Assembly: GCA_000004985.1 (NCBI GenBank)
Contig: GG738873.1
Reading direction: 5' to 3' (one strand)
Length of the DNA stretch: 64,000 nucleotides
Source: Naegleria gruberi
Taxonomy: Eukaryota
Program-made: the position numbers and the translations under genes
Part shown: positions 33,528 through 44,600 of the stretch, piece after piece
Numbering within the stretch: position 1 is the stretch's first letter
How the letters are laid out: each line of letters begins with the position of its first letter
Notes under the pieces: model-generated
Told to the model about the DNA's origin: nothing
The model's input: the letters and a program-made list of their open reading frames with translations, nothing else
The model's database searches: none

Positions 33528-35429
33528 TTATTGGATTAAACATTTAGGTTTACCATTATTCGAAACTTGAGAATCCTGTAAAAGACAGCACTTTACAATC
33601 AATTCTTTCAATTCTTCAATTCCCACCATTTTCAATGAAGAAACTTCTGTAAATGATAAACATTTCAATTCTCTGGCTAGATTTTCTCCTTCCTCATACG
33701 AAACTATTCTTGGTTTTTCTTTCGAATAAAAATTTTCTCCTGGATTATAATTCCTCAAATCAGATTTTGTTCCCAACAGTAGAATTGGTGTTTTTGGTGA
33801 GTGAAGTCTTGTTTCCTCTACAAAAGTATCCTTAACTCGATGAAAGCTGTCTAAATTGTAGATACTGTACACTACAATGGTAAGATCTGGTGGAGGAGAG
33901 TAGGATAAATATCTAATTATTTCATAATCATATCCTCCAGCTGTATCTCTCATTTGGAGTGTGAATGTTTGATTTTTGAGAGTTACTGGAATTGGATGTT
34001 CACTTTCGAATACTGTTGGGATGTATTCTTGTGGAAATTCATTCATGGCTAGTACTATTTGCATTGAGGTTTTACCAACATTTGATGATCCAATTACGGT
34101 AATTCTAAATTCATGTAAATTATTTTCAGTTTCCTTGACAAGTTGTTGAATGTCTTGTTTTAAAATTTCCTGTTTTGGCTTGAATTGAAATTCAATGAGG
34201 GTTTTAATTCTTCCCAGTTCAATAATGTGATTTTTGGATTGTTGATAAAAAGTTCTTGAATGTAAAGCAAGATTGTAATAATTAACTCCACTACGTCGTG
34301 GGCTCACATTTTGTGATTTGCTTAACAAGAACTTCTTCCATAATTTGTCCTCAATGCTTAGTTGACTAAGTTGACAGTCTTTTCCAATCAATTGAACATT
34401 ATTGAGATCATGAACTGGTAAATATTCCAAAATCATTCTAAAAATGTCTTCGTTTAGCATTGATAACTTTCCATTATTTTCCTTTGCATTGATATTTGAG
34501 ATAGATTGTTGATATTTTCCTCCCCAGACAAAATAATAAACCACAAAGGTTAATTCGTGGGGTGTGTAAATGGTCAATGAATGGAAAACAGGTCCAAATT
34601 CAGAATTATTAAACACTCGAGAGAGAAAATGAAAGTTTTCTTCTCTCCACTCATTCTTCTCTGAGAGGTTTAAACTATGTAGAGTGGTAAAATCATGATT
34701 TGAATTACAACCACCAATCAAGAATAGCCTATCGTTTTCTATCCATGATTTGTGACCATATCTTGAAATATTTTGAGGAATTTTCTTGATTTTACAATTC
34801 AGATACTCAGATTCTGATAAATTTTCTAAATCAATTAGTAAAACGTCATTGATTGGAATATTTCCACTTTGTTTTCCACCTGAAATGATCAACAAATTAT
34901 TGTAAATCAGTGAGGAATGAAAGTATCTCCCCAAAATTTCATTATTTTTCCTATTTTTTAAAGACCGACATTTCCATTCGAAAGTTTTCAAATTTAATTC
35001 GAAAACTTGATTGGAAACAAATCCATCAGAATCATATCCACCAAATATAATCATGGAATCTTTGTAAATCTCAGCAGAATGTCCAAATCTGGGAGAAATA
35101 ACTTGATCATTCACAGTTGTTAGTTTCGTCCATTTTCCAACAGATTCCTTTGAATTAAATTCGAATTGCCAAACATCAGCTAGATATCCATTCGATTTAC
35201 CACCAAATAAAATCATTTTGTGATCATGGGAGATTGCAGAATGGAAATTTCTTGGAGATGGTTTTTCACCTTCCGATAAAATTATTGGAATGCAAGATTC
35301 TGATGAAATTTCATAAACTCTCAACTGATCAGAGTATTCGTTTTGATTGGCACTTTCGAGTAATCCACCAAAAATTAAAATATATTCATTGTTGATATTG
35401 ACGGATGTGTGACCGATGAGTTTTGACAT
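33528..35429 (-). CDS. Kelch-repeat + F-box-like + Rho-family small GTPase fusion protein with CAAX box
   Basis: N-terminal Kelch blades ('IFGGL','ILFGGKSNGYLADVWQF','IIFGGYDSDG','LIGGC'); 'LNEDIFRMILEYLPVHDLNNVQLIGKDCQ..LWKKF' F-box-like; C-terminal GTPase 'VIGSSNVGKTS','IPTVFE','DTAGGYDYEIIRYLSY','LLGTKSDLR', ends ..PKCLIQ (CaaX). Confidence 0.75.
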   Translation of the reverse strand: MSKLIGHTSVNINNEYILIFGGLLESANQNEYSDQLRVYEISSESCIPIILSEGEKPSPRNFHSAISHDHKMILFGGKSNGYLADVWQFEFNSKESVGKWTKLTTVNDQVISPRFGHSAEIYKDSMIIFGGYDSDGFVSNQVFELNLKTFEWKCRSLKNRKNNEILGRYFHSSLIYNNLLIISGGKQSGNIPINDVLLIDLENLSESEYLNCKIKKIPQNISRYGHKSWIENDRLFLIGGCNSNHDFTTLHSLNLSEKNEWREENFHFLSRVFNNSEFGPVFHSLTIYTPHELTFVVYYFVWGGKYQQSISNINAKENNGKLSMLNEDIFRMILEYLPVHDLNNVQLIGKDCQLSQLSIEDKLWKKFLLSKSQNVSPRRSGVNYYNLALHSRTFYQQSKNHIIELGRIKTLIEFQFKPKQEILKQDIQQLVKETENNLHEFRITVIGSSNVGKTSMQIVLAMNEFPQEYIPTVFESEHPIPVTLKNQTFTLQMRDTAGGYDYEIIRYLSYSPPPDLTIVVYSIYNLDSFHRVKDTFVEETRLHSPKTPILLLGTKSDLRNYNPGENFYSKEKPRIVSYEEGENLARELKCLSFTEVSSLKMVGIEELKELIVKCCLLQDSQVSNNGKPKCLIQ

Positions 35430-35508
35430 TTTTTTAATAATTGTTTTCCTGTTAAATAGGTAAAGATGAAGGTTCTATCAACACATTCTTGTAAACATTT
35501 GTGTGAAA

Positions 35509-35566
35509 TCGGGTGTGGTATAGTGGTAGCATTCCAGACTGTCACTCTGGCGACCCGGGTTCAATT
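35509..35566 (+). pseudogene. Truncated tRNA-Asp(GUC) gene remnant (5' 58 nt; T-stem 3' half and acceptor 3' strand missing)
   Basis: tcGGGTGTGGTATAGTGGTAGCATTCCAGACTGTCACTCTGGCGACCCGGGTTCAATT: D-arm, perfect anticodon stem CCAGA/TCTGG with loop CTGTCAC (anticodon GTC), T-stem 5' half CCGGG and T-loop TTCAATT, then non-complementary TGTTTTG. Confidence 0.5.
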
Positions 35567-36159
35567 TGTTTTGTTAGTGTGTATGAGTTAGTAATGAATG
35601 ATATCGGTTAATCCTTATTTGGAAATTTCATTCCCGGTACCCAAAGTATGAACGAGAGTTTTGACTATGTGAAATCAAATTGTTTATTGCTCGAGTGCCT
35701 TTTGATCAAGAAGTTACAGTTATGAATAATTATCAAGAAATTCAATTCCCGGCACTCGAGTTTAATTTTTGACTCTGTCTCCAATTTTTAATATTTGATA
35801 ATTAAAAAATACAAAGACAGTTGTCTATTCTACCTATTTCTCAATTTTTATAGCTTTATTTCTTAAAATCATAGAGATAATAACCTCTTCTCAAACCCTA
35901 TTTTCAATTTAAAAATTTCTGCTAATCATGCTTTATAACATGGATGGATCAAAATAATGGATTGGTTGGTTAAATTGTAATAAACTAGATTCTTCCAGTT
36001 GAATTGGTAACTCTTAAACAATTCCTCACTTGCAGTAAGATAAAGAAATATCACAAAATATAGTGCTCACTACTGAATTTCTCATTTATCCGATGAAAAC
36101 AATATATTGTTGATCAGTTTTTAATGAATAGTGAAAGGAAGCGAAATTACAAACATGTA

Positions 36160-36232
36160 GCCCGTCTAGCTCAGTCGGTAGAGCGCAAGGCTCTTAACCT
36201 TGTGGTCGTGGGTTCGACCCCCACGGTGGGCG
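36160..36232 (+). tRNA. tRNA-Lys (anticodon CUU)
   Basis: GCCCGTCTAGCTCAGTCGGTAGAGCGCAAGGCTCTTAACCTTGTGGTCGTGGGTTCGACCCCCACGGTGGGCG folds as cloverleaf (7-bp acceptor with 2 G-U pairs, D-arm GCTC/GAGC, anticodon loop CTCTTAA, T-arm GTGGG/CCCAC); near-identical to metazoan tRNA-Lys-CTT. Confidence 0.9.
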
Positions 36233-36238
36233 ATTCCG

Positions 36239-36242
36239 TTTT
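36239..36242 (+). terminator. Pol III oligo-T terminator after tRNA-Lys
   Basis: TTTT run 7 nt downstream of the discriminator base. Confidence 0.5.
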
Positions 36243-36412
36243 GATTAATTCTTATTTTGTGGAGAATAGAACTTTTTATGTGGAATATCAATGTCTTGAG
36301 TTCACTCACAATATTCTGAATGCGTGTTTCTTGATTATTTCCAATGGAATAAACTTGAGCCATTATTTTATAATTTAATTACAATATTAAATACTCTTTT
36401 CGGCACCATCAT

Positions 36413-39400
36413 CTAGAAATTTTGAATGTCAGCACTTGTTGGTCTCATACTTGGTTCCTTTGAGACCATAGTCACAATAAAATTGCAAAGCTTCTCAGAG
36501 TAACCTCTTGATATCAAGTGTTCCATTGTTCTGTCCAACACCACTTCTTCCTTATCGTATAATAATTGAGCTGTAATGTTTAAATCTAAGGAATCATTTG
36601 CCATGGCCTGAATGAGTGAAACTCCAAGTGAAAATATATCAGCACTATAACTGTATTTTCTAGAAAAGACCTCAGGTGCCATATATTGCAATGTTCCTGC
36701 AACTGAATTTTGAGTTTCTCCAGTTTCCTTTGCCTCTCCATAATCACCAATAACCACTTGGATTTCATCCAATTCACGGTCCAATTTACTATAGAAAATA
36801 TTACGTGGTTTGATATCTCTGTGAACAATTAGTTTCTCTTGGTGAAGATAGTTCAAACCATCTCCAAGTTGTTTCATGATGGAGATGATCATCTTCTCAG
36901 AGACAATCTTTCCATCTTGTTTCAAATCTTTCAAGGCATGTTCCAAGTCGCCTTCATAAAATTTCATTACAATACAAATAGATTGAATAATCTGTGCTTC
37001 AAAGAATTCATAAACTTCAACCAGATTTGCATGTCTGTATGAAAGTGTTTTGGAACATTCATCAATAATTTTAGAATGTCTGCTTTGATCATAACTAATA
37101 GTCTTGATGGCAACTGGCATGTCATTCTTTTTAGAATCCAAACAGAGATAACATTTACCAAATGCACCCTGACCAATAACTTGTTGAATCTTGTATCTAT
37201 CTTTGAGCAAAGAATGATCTGTGTTTTGAGTAGAAGAAGTAGTAGTTGTGTTAGTATTGGAAGTATTGGAAGACAATTGGTACAAGGAATTGTTAAAGGT
37301 ATCGCTTGGGAAATCTGAAGTCACTGATGTACTATTATTGGCTGTTTGAGTGACATTTTCATCAATGGTTGTTATCATTTCAATTGGTTTTTCCTTAGTA
37401 ACCAGTGGTTTGCTTTTCTTCTTCTTTAATTTCACAATGAGACAGATGGTGACAATGATTGCAAGCAATATTAACAATACCAATAATGTTAAACCCACAA
37501 CCAATCCAACAATCAATCCAATGTTAGAATTAACTGGAGTAGTCACTTGTCCATTCTTGGATGCAAGTGGAGAGACATAGGTAGGAGGAACAATTCTATT
37601 CTCACAACTCAATCCACTATATCCTTCCAGACATGAACAACCATTACTTGATGTACATGTTCCATTTCCACTACAATTTTTCACGGCATCACAAGAGAAG
37701 AGGGAACAATCGAGACTTCCCTTCCATCCACTAGTGCATGAGCATGTATTATTACTCACACAGAAACCATGTCCTGAACAGGCATTCAATGTTTCACATG
37801 AGAAGAGAGAGCAATCAGAACTTCCTCTCCAGCCAGAATAACACGAACAATTGTTCATTACACAATCTCCATGTCCACTACATTGATTCTGTAGGTCACA
37901 ACCAAAAGAGATTGCTCTCACCTTTCCATTACTTGTGTCAGCAATGAAAATTTTAGATTCATCAGCAGAGAGAGCTACTCCCATTGGTCCATAAAATTGA
38001 GTTTCCAAAGGGTGCAAATTCTCTCCATTGTATCCATACAGTGGTGCAGTACCAGCAATGGTTATCAAAGTTCCATTCTTAAATAATTTCCTTATGGCAT
38101 GGTTTTGGGAATCAGAAATCAATAGTTCATCATTGGATAAAATGGCAAGACCAGCAGGATATCTCAACATTGAATTAACACCACTCAAATTCTCCCCACT
38201 ATATCCATCCACCCCAGTTCCTGCAATGGTAATGAGGGTTCCATCATTGAGAATTTTTCTCACTCGATGGCCTTCATACTCTGAAAAAATAACTTCATTA
38301 TTAGAGGTCAGTACAATTCCATATGGATTATTAATATTGGCACTAGTTGCTAATAGCCCATCTCCATTGTAGGTAGAAGTACCGGTACCAGCTACAGTAA
38401 TGATGGTCTGATTGAAAAACACTTTTCTAATTCGATGATTTCCAGAATCGGTAATGTACAAATCTCCATTTGTGGATCTGGCAATTCCTTTTGGTAAATT
38501 TAAATGAGCACTAGTAGCAGGAATGTTATCAGCATTGTATCCAGTAGTTCCAGATCCAGCTTTTGTTATTACAATTCCACTAGAAGATATGAGATATTTC
38601 ACAGTTGACGAATCAACAAAATAGTACTCCCCTACATTGGGCACGAGTGGAGATCTGGGTGAAATATAACTTGGAGTAATGGTTGTGATAATTCCACCGA
38701 GTGAAATCTTTCTCAATCTATAATTTCTTGTGTCGGCCACAATAACCTCATTATTTGGAGCGACAGCAACCGATTCTGGACCAAAGAGTTTTGCCTTCAC
38801 TGCCTCAATATTATCACCATTGTAGCCGAGATTGGAACCTGTTCCAGCAACAGTAGTGATGATATTGTTTGTGTTAATCTTTCTGACTCTGTAATTTCCA
38901 CCATCGGAAATGAAAATCTCCCCACTCGAGGATATAGCAATGCCTCTTGTGACTCTGAACATGGCATTGGATGCCAATTGATTGTCTCCAGCATAGCCAT
39001 ATGATGATCCAGCTATTAATGTTGCAACTCCATTCGTTTGAATCATGTACACTTTATCTGAAACAGTGACATAGAGAGCACCAGTGATTGGAGATATTGC
39101 CATTCCATTGACTGTATTAGTCTGGCCAGAGAGTTCAAAAGTAGTGAACATGACTACACTGGTGCCATTATTGAAAACCTTTCTAATCTTGTCATATTCT
39201 CCAATGTAAACTTCTCCACTATTAGAGATGGCAATGGAAGTGGGGAAGTTTAACTGTGCATTAGTTGCATCCTGTACCACAGTGGATGTATCTGTTCCAC
39301 CTCCAGCGAATGTTCTAATGATACCATCCGTATACGAAACTACACGAATTTTGTTATTTGAGGTTTCTGCAATATATAAATTATTATTCACAGGAGAGAT

Positions 39401-39961
39401 GACAATTCCACCTGGTGTATTCAATAGTGCATTGGTAGCGACTCCATCATCACCGATACTCCCTGGTACACCAACTTGACCAGCGTATGTGCTAATCAAA
39501 TTACTAGATAATATGACCTTTCGAATAACATGACTATTCGTATCAGACAAGTACATGACATCACTATTCTGAAAAGCAAGTGCACTAGGATAATTGAAAC
39601 GAGCCAAAGTTGCTATAGTTGTCGTGACAGAACCAGGAATACCCACACCAGCAATTGTTTTAATTTTACCACTACTTGCCACTACTTGTCTCACTCGACA
39701 ATTTATCTTGTCAACTATGAAAATGTCACCATTGTTACTTGGAGAGAGTGCAAGACCATCAGGTATGGCAATTTCTGCCTTGGTAGCATCAATGTTATCA
39801 CCATTGTAACCATTGGGATAACTACCTGCTATGGTTTTTACATGGTATAAAGATTGACCGTGGACAATTGGTTGGGCAGCAAGAAACACCAAGTGAAACA
39901 AAAACAACAATGGTAGCAAGAATGTTGAGCTATTAGTGTTGTTGAGTTTCAATTTGTCCAT
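36413..39961 (-). CDS. Receptor-like protein kinase: signal peptide, multiple NHL repeats, tenascin-type EGF repeats, single TM, cytoplasmic kinase domain
   Basis: NHL-like blades ending in ..RVRKI/..RIRKV/..RLRKI (x8 or more); 'CSGHGDCVMNNCSCYSGWRGSSDCS..CSGHGFC..CSGNGTC' EGF units; TM 'IGLIVGLVVGLTLLVLLILLAIIVTICLIV'; kinase motifs 'IGQGAFGKCY','VAIKTI','HRDIKPRNIF','GDYGEA','YMAPE','DIFSLG'. Confidence 0.85.
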   Translation of the reverse strand: MDKLKLNNTNSSTFLLPLLFLFHLVFLAAQPIVHGQSLYHVKTIAGSYPNGYNGDNIDATKAEIAIPDGLALSPSNNGDIFIVDKINCRVRQVVASSGKIKTIAGVGIPGSVTTTIATLARFNYPSALAFQNSDVMYLSDTNSHVIRKVILSSNLISTYAGQVGVPGSIGDDGVATNALLNTPGGIVISPVNNNLYIAETSNNKIRVVSYTDGIIRTFAGGGTDTSTVVQDATNAQLNFPTSIAISNSGEVYIGEYDKIRKVFNNGTSVVMFTTFELSGQTNTVNGMAISPITGALYVTVSDKVYMIQTNGVATLIAGSSYGYAGDNQLASNAMFRVTRGIAISSSGEIFISDGGNYRVRKINTNNIITTVAGTGSNLGYNGDNIEAVKAKLFGPESVAVAPNNEVIVADTRNYRLRKISLGGIITTITPSYISPRSPLVPNVGEYYFVDSSTVKYLISSSGIVITKAGSGTTGYNADNIPATSAHLNLPKGIARSTNGDLYITDSGNHRIRKVFFNQTIITVAGTGTSTYNGDGLLATSANINNPYGIVLTSNNEVIFSEYEGHRVRKILNDGTLITIAGTGVDGYSGENLSGVNSMLRYPAGLAILSNDELLISDSQNHAIRKLFKNGTLITIAGTAPLYGYNGENLHPLETQFYGPMGVALSADESKIFIADTSNGKVRAISFGCDLQNQCSGHGDCVMNNCSCYSGWRGSSDCSLFSCETLNACSGHGFCVSNNTCSCTSGWKGSLDCSLFSCDAVKNCSGNGTCTSSNGCSCLEGYSGLSCENRIVPPTYVSPLASKNGQVTTPVNSNIGLIVGLVVGLTLLVLLILLAIIVTICLIVKLKKKKSKPLVTKEKPIEMITTIDENVTQTANNSTSVTSDFPSDTFNNSLYQLSSNTSNTNTTTTSSTQNTDHSLLKDRYKIQQVIGQGAFGKCYLCLDSKKNDMPVAIKTISYDQSRHSKIIDECSKTLSYRHANLVEVYEFFEAQIIQSICIVMKFYEGDLEHALKDLKQDGKIVSEKMIISIMKQLGDGLNYLHQEKLIVHRDIKPRNIFYSKLDRELDEIQVVIGDYGEAKETGETQNSVAGTLQYMAPEVFSRKYSYSADIFSLGVSLIQAMANDSLDLNITAQLLYDKEEVVLDRTMEHLISRGYSEKLCNFIVTMVSKEPSMRPTSADIQNF

Positions 39962-40503
39962 TTTTTTGAAAGTTATTGGTCTTTGTTAACACAGTATCTT
40001 GGTCTCTCCACAAGGAAAGGTCGCGGTACTCATCCAAGATACTACTCTCCATGGAGTTCAGTTGCCAATATAAAGATCGGACTTGCAATCTCATTCACGC
40101 ATTCATGTGTACCTGTTCAAGTTTAAAAAAGTGTTGTTTTTGAACATGAATGAGCAATGCATAGAAGGCACAATATTTAAAATGTTTGCGAATGATTCGT
40201 TTCAAAAAGTGATCATGTTCATTAAAGTTTCATTGTCACATTGAACAATGATAGTATCTGCAGAACCAACGAATGGTCTGTTTCAAATATTTGTTGCACC
40301 AAATCAGAATGGTAACATTTTCAAATGCAAGTCTCTTACTGTCAACATCGTCCATCTCTCAGTGGACCTTAAGAGAGTATCAATTCGTGCCTTGGAAGCT
40401 TTTTTGTTTGGATGGAGGTCTTGGTTTAAGTGTGGGAGATTGTGGTGGAGTAATTGAGGAAGAATCATTTGATACTATTGACCTATATTTTCTTTATAAA
40501 AAA

Positions 40504-41618
40504 ATGGCAAAACACAATCTTGCATCTCTTCCACAAGAAATTCTTCGGATCATATTATCGTATCATGTAATAGGCACATGTGGAGAATCAGCTGATTCTT
40601 CTCGGAAGGAAAAAACAACAATTTCCATCAATCAAGAAATTAAATTTATGACCAATTTTCAATCGATCAGTTCAATAATTAATAGCAAATTAAAGGAATA
40701 TTTTGATGATTTTTGGAGTGGAATTTTTGAACAATATTGTGTTGATGAAGAGGAGAAACAGGATCCTAAATTTCGAATAATGAAAGAGAAATTGGTAGAA
40801 ATGGACGAATTAAAGAGAAAGATTCTTTTAATTCGTTATATTGCTCCGATTATGATAAAACACGAAAAGATAAGAAAGACATTTAGAGATTATTTGAGAA
40901 TTGTAGTATTTGGTGATGAAGCAGTGGGTTAGTTTATTTGAAATTAATTGTTTCTAATATTGAAAAGGAAAGTCCAGTATAATTCTACGTTTCATAGAAG
41001 GTGAATTTAAAGAATGGGATCCAACTGTTGAGGATTTTCATTTGAAATCTGTAAAATTTGGAAATTCAACAACTAATCTCGATATTCTTGGTGTGGGTAC
41101 GTGAATTGAAATATTTCTTTTTAACAATTCTCGAAACTCCATATACGGATAGCTGGCCAAATGGAACACAACTCACACAGCATTAGAAATGGATATCTGA
41201 GTCAATGTGATTGTTATCTGGGTGTCTGCTCAGCAACCATCAAAAATTCAATGAATTATATAGAAGAAAACATTCAAGATTTAAATAATTCTAAGGATGG
41301 GCCCTACACACCAATCATTGTTGTGTTAAATAAGATGGATCTTATTGAGAATGATATCAATGACAGTTCAGATCGGAAATGAACAGAATTATTAAGAAAA
41401 ATAATCTTGAAAATGTTTTCACTGTTGAATGCAGTGCCAAGACAGGCGAAAATATTTCACTAATATTTGATGCATGTATTCAAATGTATATTTATGAATA
41501 TTTGAGAAGAAAGTGGTGGAATCTTTTGGAAAATGTCGCCAAGTTTGACTCTAAATATATTGAGCTGTGTACTGCTGATCCTTCCAAGTCAAAGAAAAAA
41601 ACTTGCCTCCTGAACTAG
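40504..41618 (+). CDS. F-box-like + Ras-family small GTPase fusion with CAAX box; 3 exons (40504..40927, 40967..41096, 41153..41618) and an apparent +1 frameshift near 41364-41382
   Basis: N-terminal 'LASLPQEILRIILSYHV' F-box-like; 39-nt intron 40928..40966 restores P-loop/switch I 'VVFGDEAVGGKSSIILRFIEGEFKEWDPTVEDF'; 'LDILGV|AGQME' split by intron 41097..41152; 'IIVVLNKMDL' (NKxD); after frame change 'ECSAKTGENI' (SAK) and C-terminal CLLN. Confidence 0.65.
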
Positions 41619-41659
41619 TAATTTTAATGGTTTGTAAACTTGGAGATTGAACTGACAGT

Positions 41660-44600
41660 TTGTTAAAAAAAATGATAATTGACCAACACCAAACTGCACC
41701 TCGTTGGATTTGCAACAAGTGCCAAGGATTCATCGATAGGGGAACAATCCGATACGTCAATACTGATGAAAAGGACTTTGACTTGTGTGAAAATTGTTAT
41801 CACTGGTGTTGGGAACAGTATCAGAAGAGAAAGCAACATAATACAAATTCACAATTTAATTCTCTTGATGATGATGGTGATGATGATGTTGGGAATAACA
41901 CGGAAAATAACAAAATATTGGACATGTTCTGTAGGGATTTGGAATTTATTGTACCAACCAAGTATCACTATTCTGAAATGAAAGGACGAATTAAAAGTTC
42001 CGATCGGTTTAATAGTTCTCTGTTTAGATCATTTGTTGAATATTCACTCAATCCTTGCTTTGGATTGTTGAAACAAGATGATGGTCCCTATCATTTTCAA
42101 ACCTATGAACAGGTATTTCATTTGATTTGTTGCATCAGTATTGGATTAGATCAGATTTTGAAACCATTAATACGAGTGGGAAAGAGACAATTTGTATCAA
42201 TATGTGGAAAGAATAATTTGTATTGGTATTTGAGTGATTATGCTTGTTTCTTTAGGGGGTTTGTGATTGCCCCCATTCATTTTGCTCAATCATTTGAGGA
42301 GACGAAATATTGCATTGAACTGACAGAGAGTCAAGTTGCTATTTGTACTGAAGAAATGTTAGATTTATTCATTAGAATTACCAAAGAGTTGGATATTGTG
42401 AAATATATTATTGTAATGGATGATACAGAATCAAAATCAAGAGGAAAATTTACCAATCAAAGAGGAACACAAGAAATTGAAATTATTCCAATGAATGACA
42501 TTATTGACGCTGGAAAATCAATATTGTGTGAATATTTGAATGAAAAGAACAAACCAAGAACGAATCCATATCCAGAACATTATGAAAATCACGAGACAAT
42601 CCTTGTGACTCCACCTCAGGACAAGTACGATCCTAGAAAGATGTGGATTGGAGTGGAACATGAAGAATTTATTCTAAATAGGTTGGATAATGAGGAGGAT
42701 CTAGTGACTCTTGTTTTCACAAGTGGATCCACTGGTATTCCAAAAGGAATCATGATGAGTGATAGAGCTTTGAGAAAGGAAGTACTCAGTTTAAGGATAA
42801 AAGATCCTAAAGTTCGTTTCTCTTTTTGTCCACTCGCTCACATGAGTGATAGAAAATACACCCTATTGGCCATGTGTAATGGAGCCAGAGTTGGAATATT
42901 TACTAGAGAATTTGTTCACATCTTTGAGGATATTCAAAACTGCAAACCAGTTGTAATTGCATCCACTCCAAGATTATTCAATGTGCTGTACGATGAGTTT
43001 AAGAAAGTAGTCGAATTGGAAAGAATTCGTTGGCTTTCTTCCACTGAAACTGGGAAACCAAAAACTGAGAAGGAACTTGAGGAAAGAACCATGCTTGACT
43101 TTCAATACATGCTTGGTGGGCGTGTTCAATCAATTATTCTTGGAGGGGCTTCTTCTAGCCCACAATTAAGAGAATTTTTGGCAAAATGTTTCCAGTGTAA
43201 AGTAACAGATGGTTTTGGAATGTCTGAAGCTGGAGGAATTATGAATAACAATCGACTCAACACTAATGTCGAATACAAGTTGATTGATGTTCCTGAATTG
43301 AGCTATTTCACAACAGACAAACCTTATCCGAGAGGAGAACTTTGTGTCAAGACAAATTACATGTTTATTGGATATTATAAGAATGAAGAGCTCACTAATA
43401 ATGCACTGGATGAAAATGGATGGTTACACACCAACGATATTGTTGAAGAATTAGGACCAAATCAAATCAGAATTATTGACAGACTGAAGAATATTTTCAA
43501 ATTGAGTCAGGGTGAATTCATAGCACCTGCCAAGATTGAAGATGCTCTCACTACCTCTAAATTTATTTTCCAAGCTTTTATTTATGGCAATGTGACAAAG
43601 AGCTACTTGGTTGGTGTCATTGTTCCCAACAAAACAGTTTTAAAACAGTTTGCAATTAAGGAAGGAATTATCAAACCATCAGCCGATCACCATCTCCTAA
43701 ATGAAGAAGAGAAAGAAGTATTGGCAAATAATGAGCTGATCAAGAAAGCTCTATGTGAAGAGATTGAGAAAGTTGCTGTAAATTGTTCACTTTTGTCTTA
43801 CGAAGTTCCAAAAGATTTTATCATTGAATTTGAACCTTTTAGTGAGAAAAATGATTTACTAACCTCCTCTATGAAGGTTAAGAGATTTGGATGTGAAATG
43901 AAATATAAGGAACAATTGGAGACACTCTATGAGCATGTAGATAGAAATTACAAGAGAAAGTTGGACGAAGATTTGATTCGTGAATTGTTAGTGAACTCCT
44001 CATCAGGCTCAGAGGAATCTGCAGATGGAAATATGAAAATTATTGACAGTCTTCATGCAGTTAAATTTTCTGGAATTATGAAACAAAAATTCAACATTGA
44101 CATTCCACTTTCATTGATATTTTCTCAAACGGATAGGAATGTGGAAAGTGTAGTGAGTAGAGTTTCAAACTTTGTCACAAAAGGCCAAACTAATCAGCAA
44201 TCGTATGACTGGAAAAAGGATATTCTCTTACCACAAGAACTTCTCGATGAAATTACTGACATTACTTCAAAAGGAAAGCAGAAATTCAATAAGATATCAA
44301 ACCTAAAGAAGGGTATTCTTCTGACTGGCTCAACTGGATTTTTAGGTGCCTTCCTATTGAGAGATTTATTGGAGAATTTACAAACAGCTCAGGAGCATGT
44401 GAAAATCTATTGTTTGATAAGAGAAAAGAATCAGCAACACAGTTTATTCACTAGATTGAAGAAACATCTTGTAAAATTCAATATCTGGAAAGATACTTAT
44501 GAAAGGAGAATATCTGTCATTAGGGGAAATTTACAGGATGAGAATTTAGGTCTCTCTCATGAGGAATTCAACAAATTGGCTGGAGATGTTGACATTATTT

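Noticed and set aside
36124-36378. ORFs 36124..36378 (+) and 36166..36363 (-)
   Set aside because: They overlap the tRNA-Lys gene and its flanks and have no coding signal. Artefacts of the ORF finder.
40273-40503. 5' extension of the F-box-Ras ORF (MVCFKYLLHQ..)
   Set aside because: The translation is non-protein-like, and the A-rich 'aaaaaaaATGgc' context at 40504 marks the likely start.
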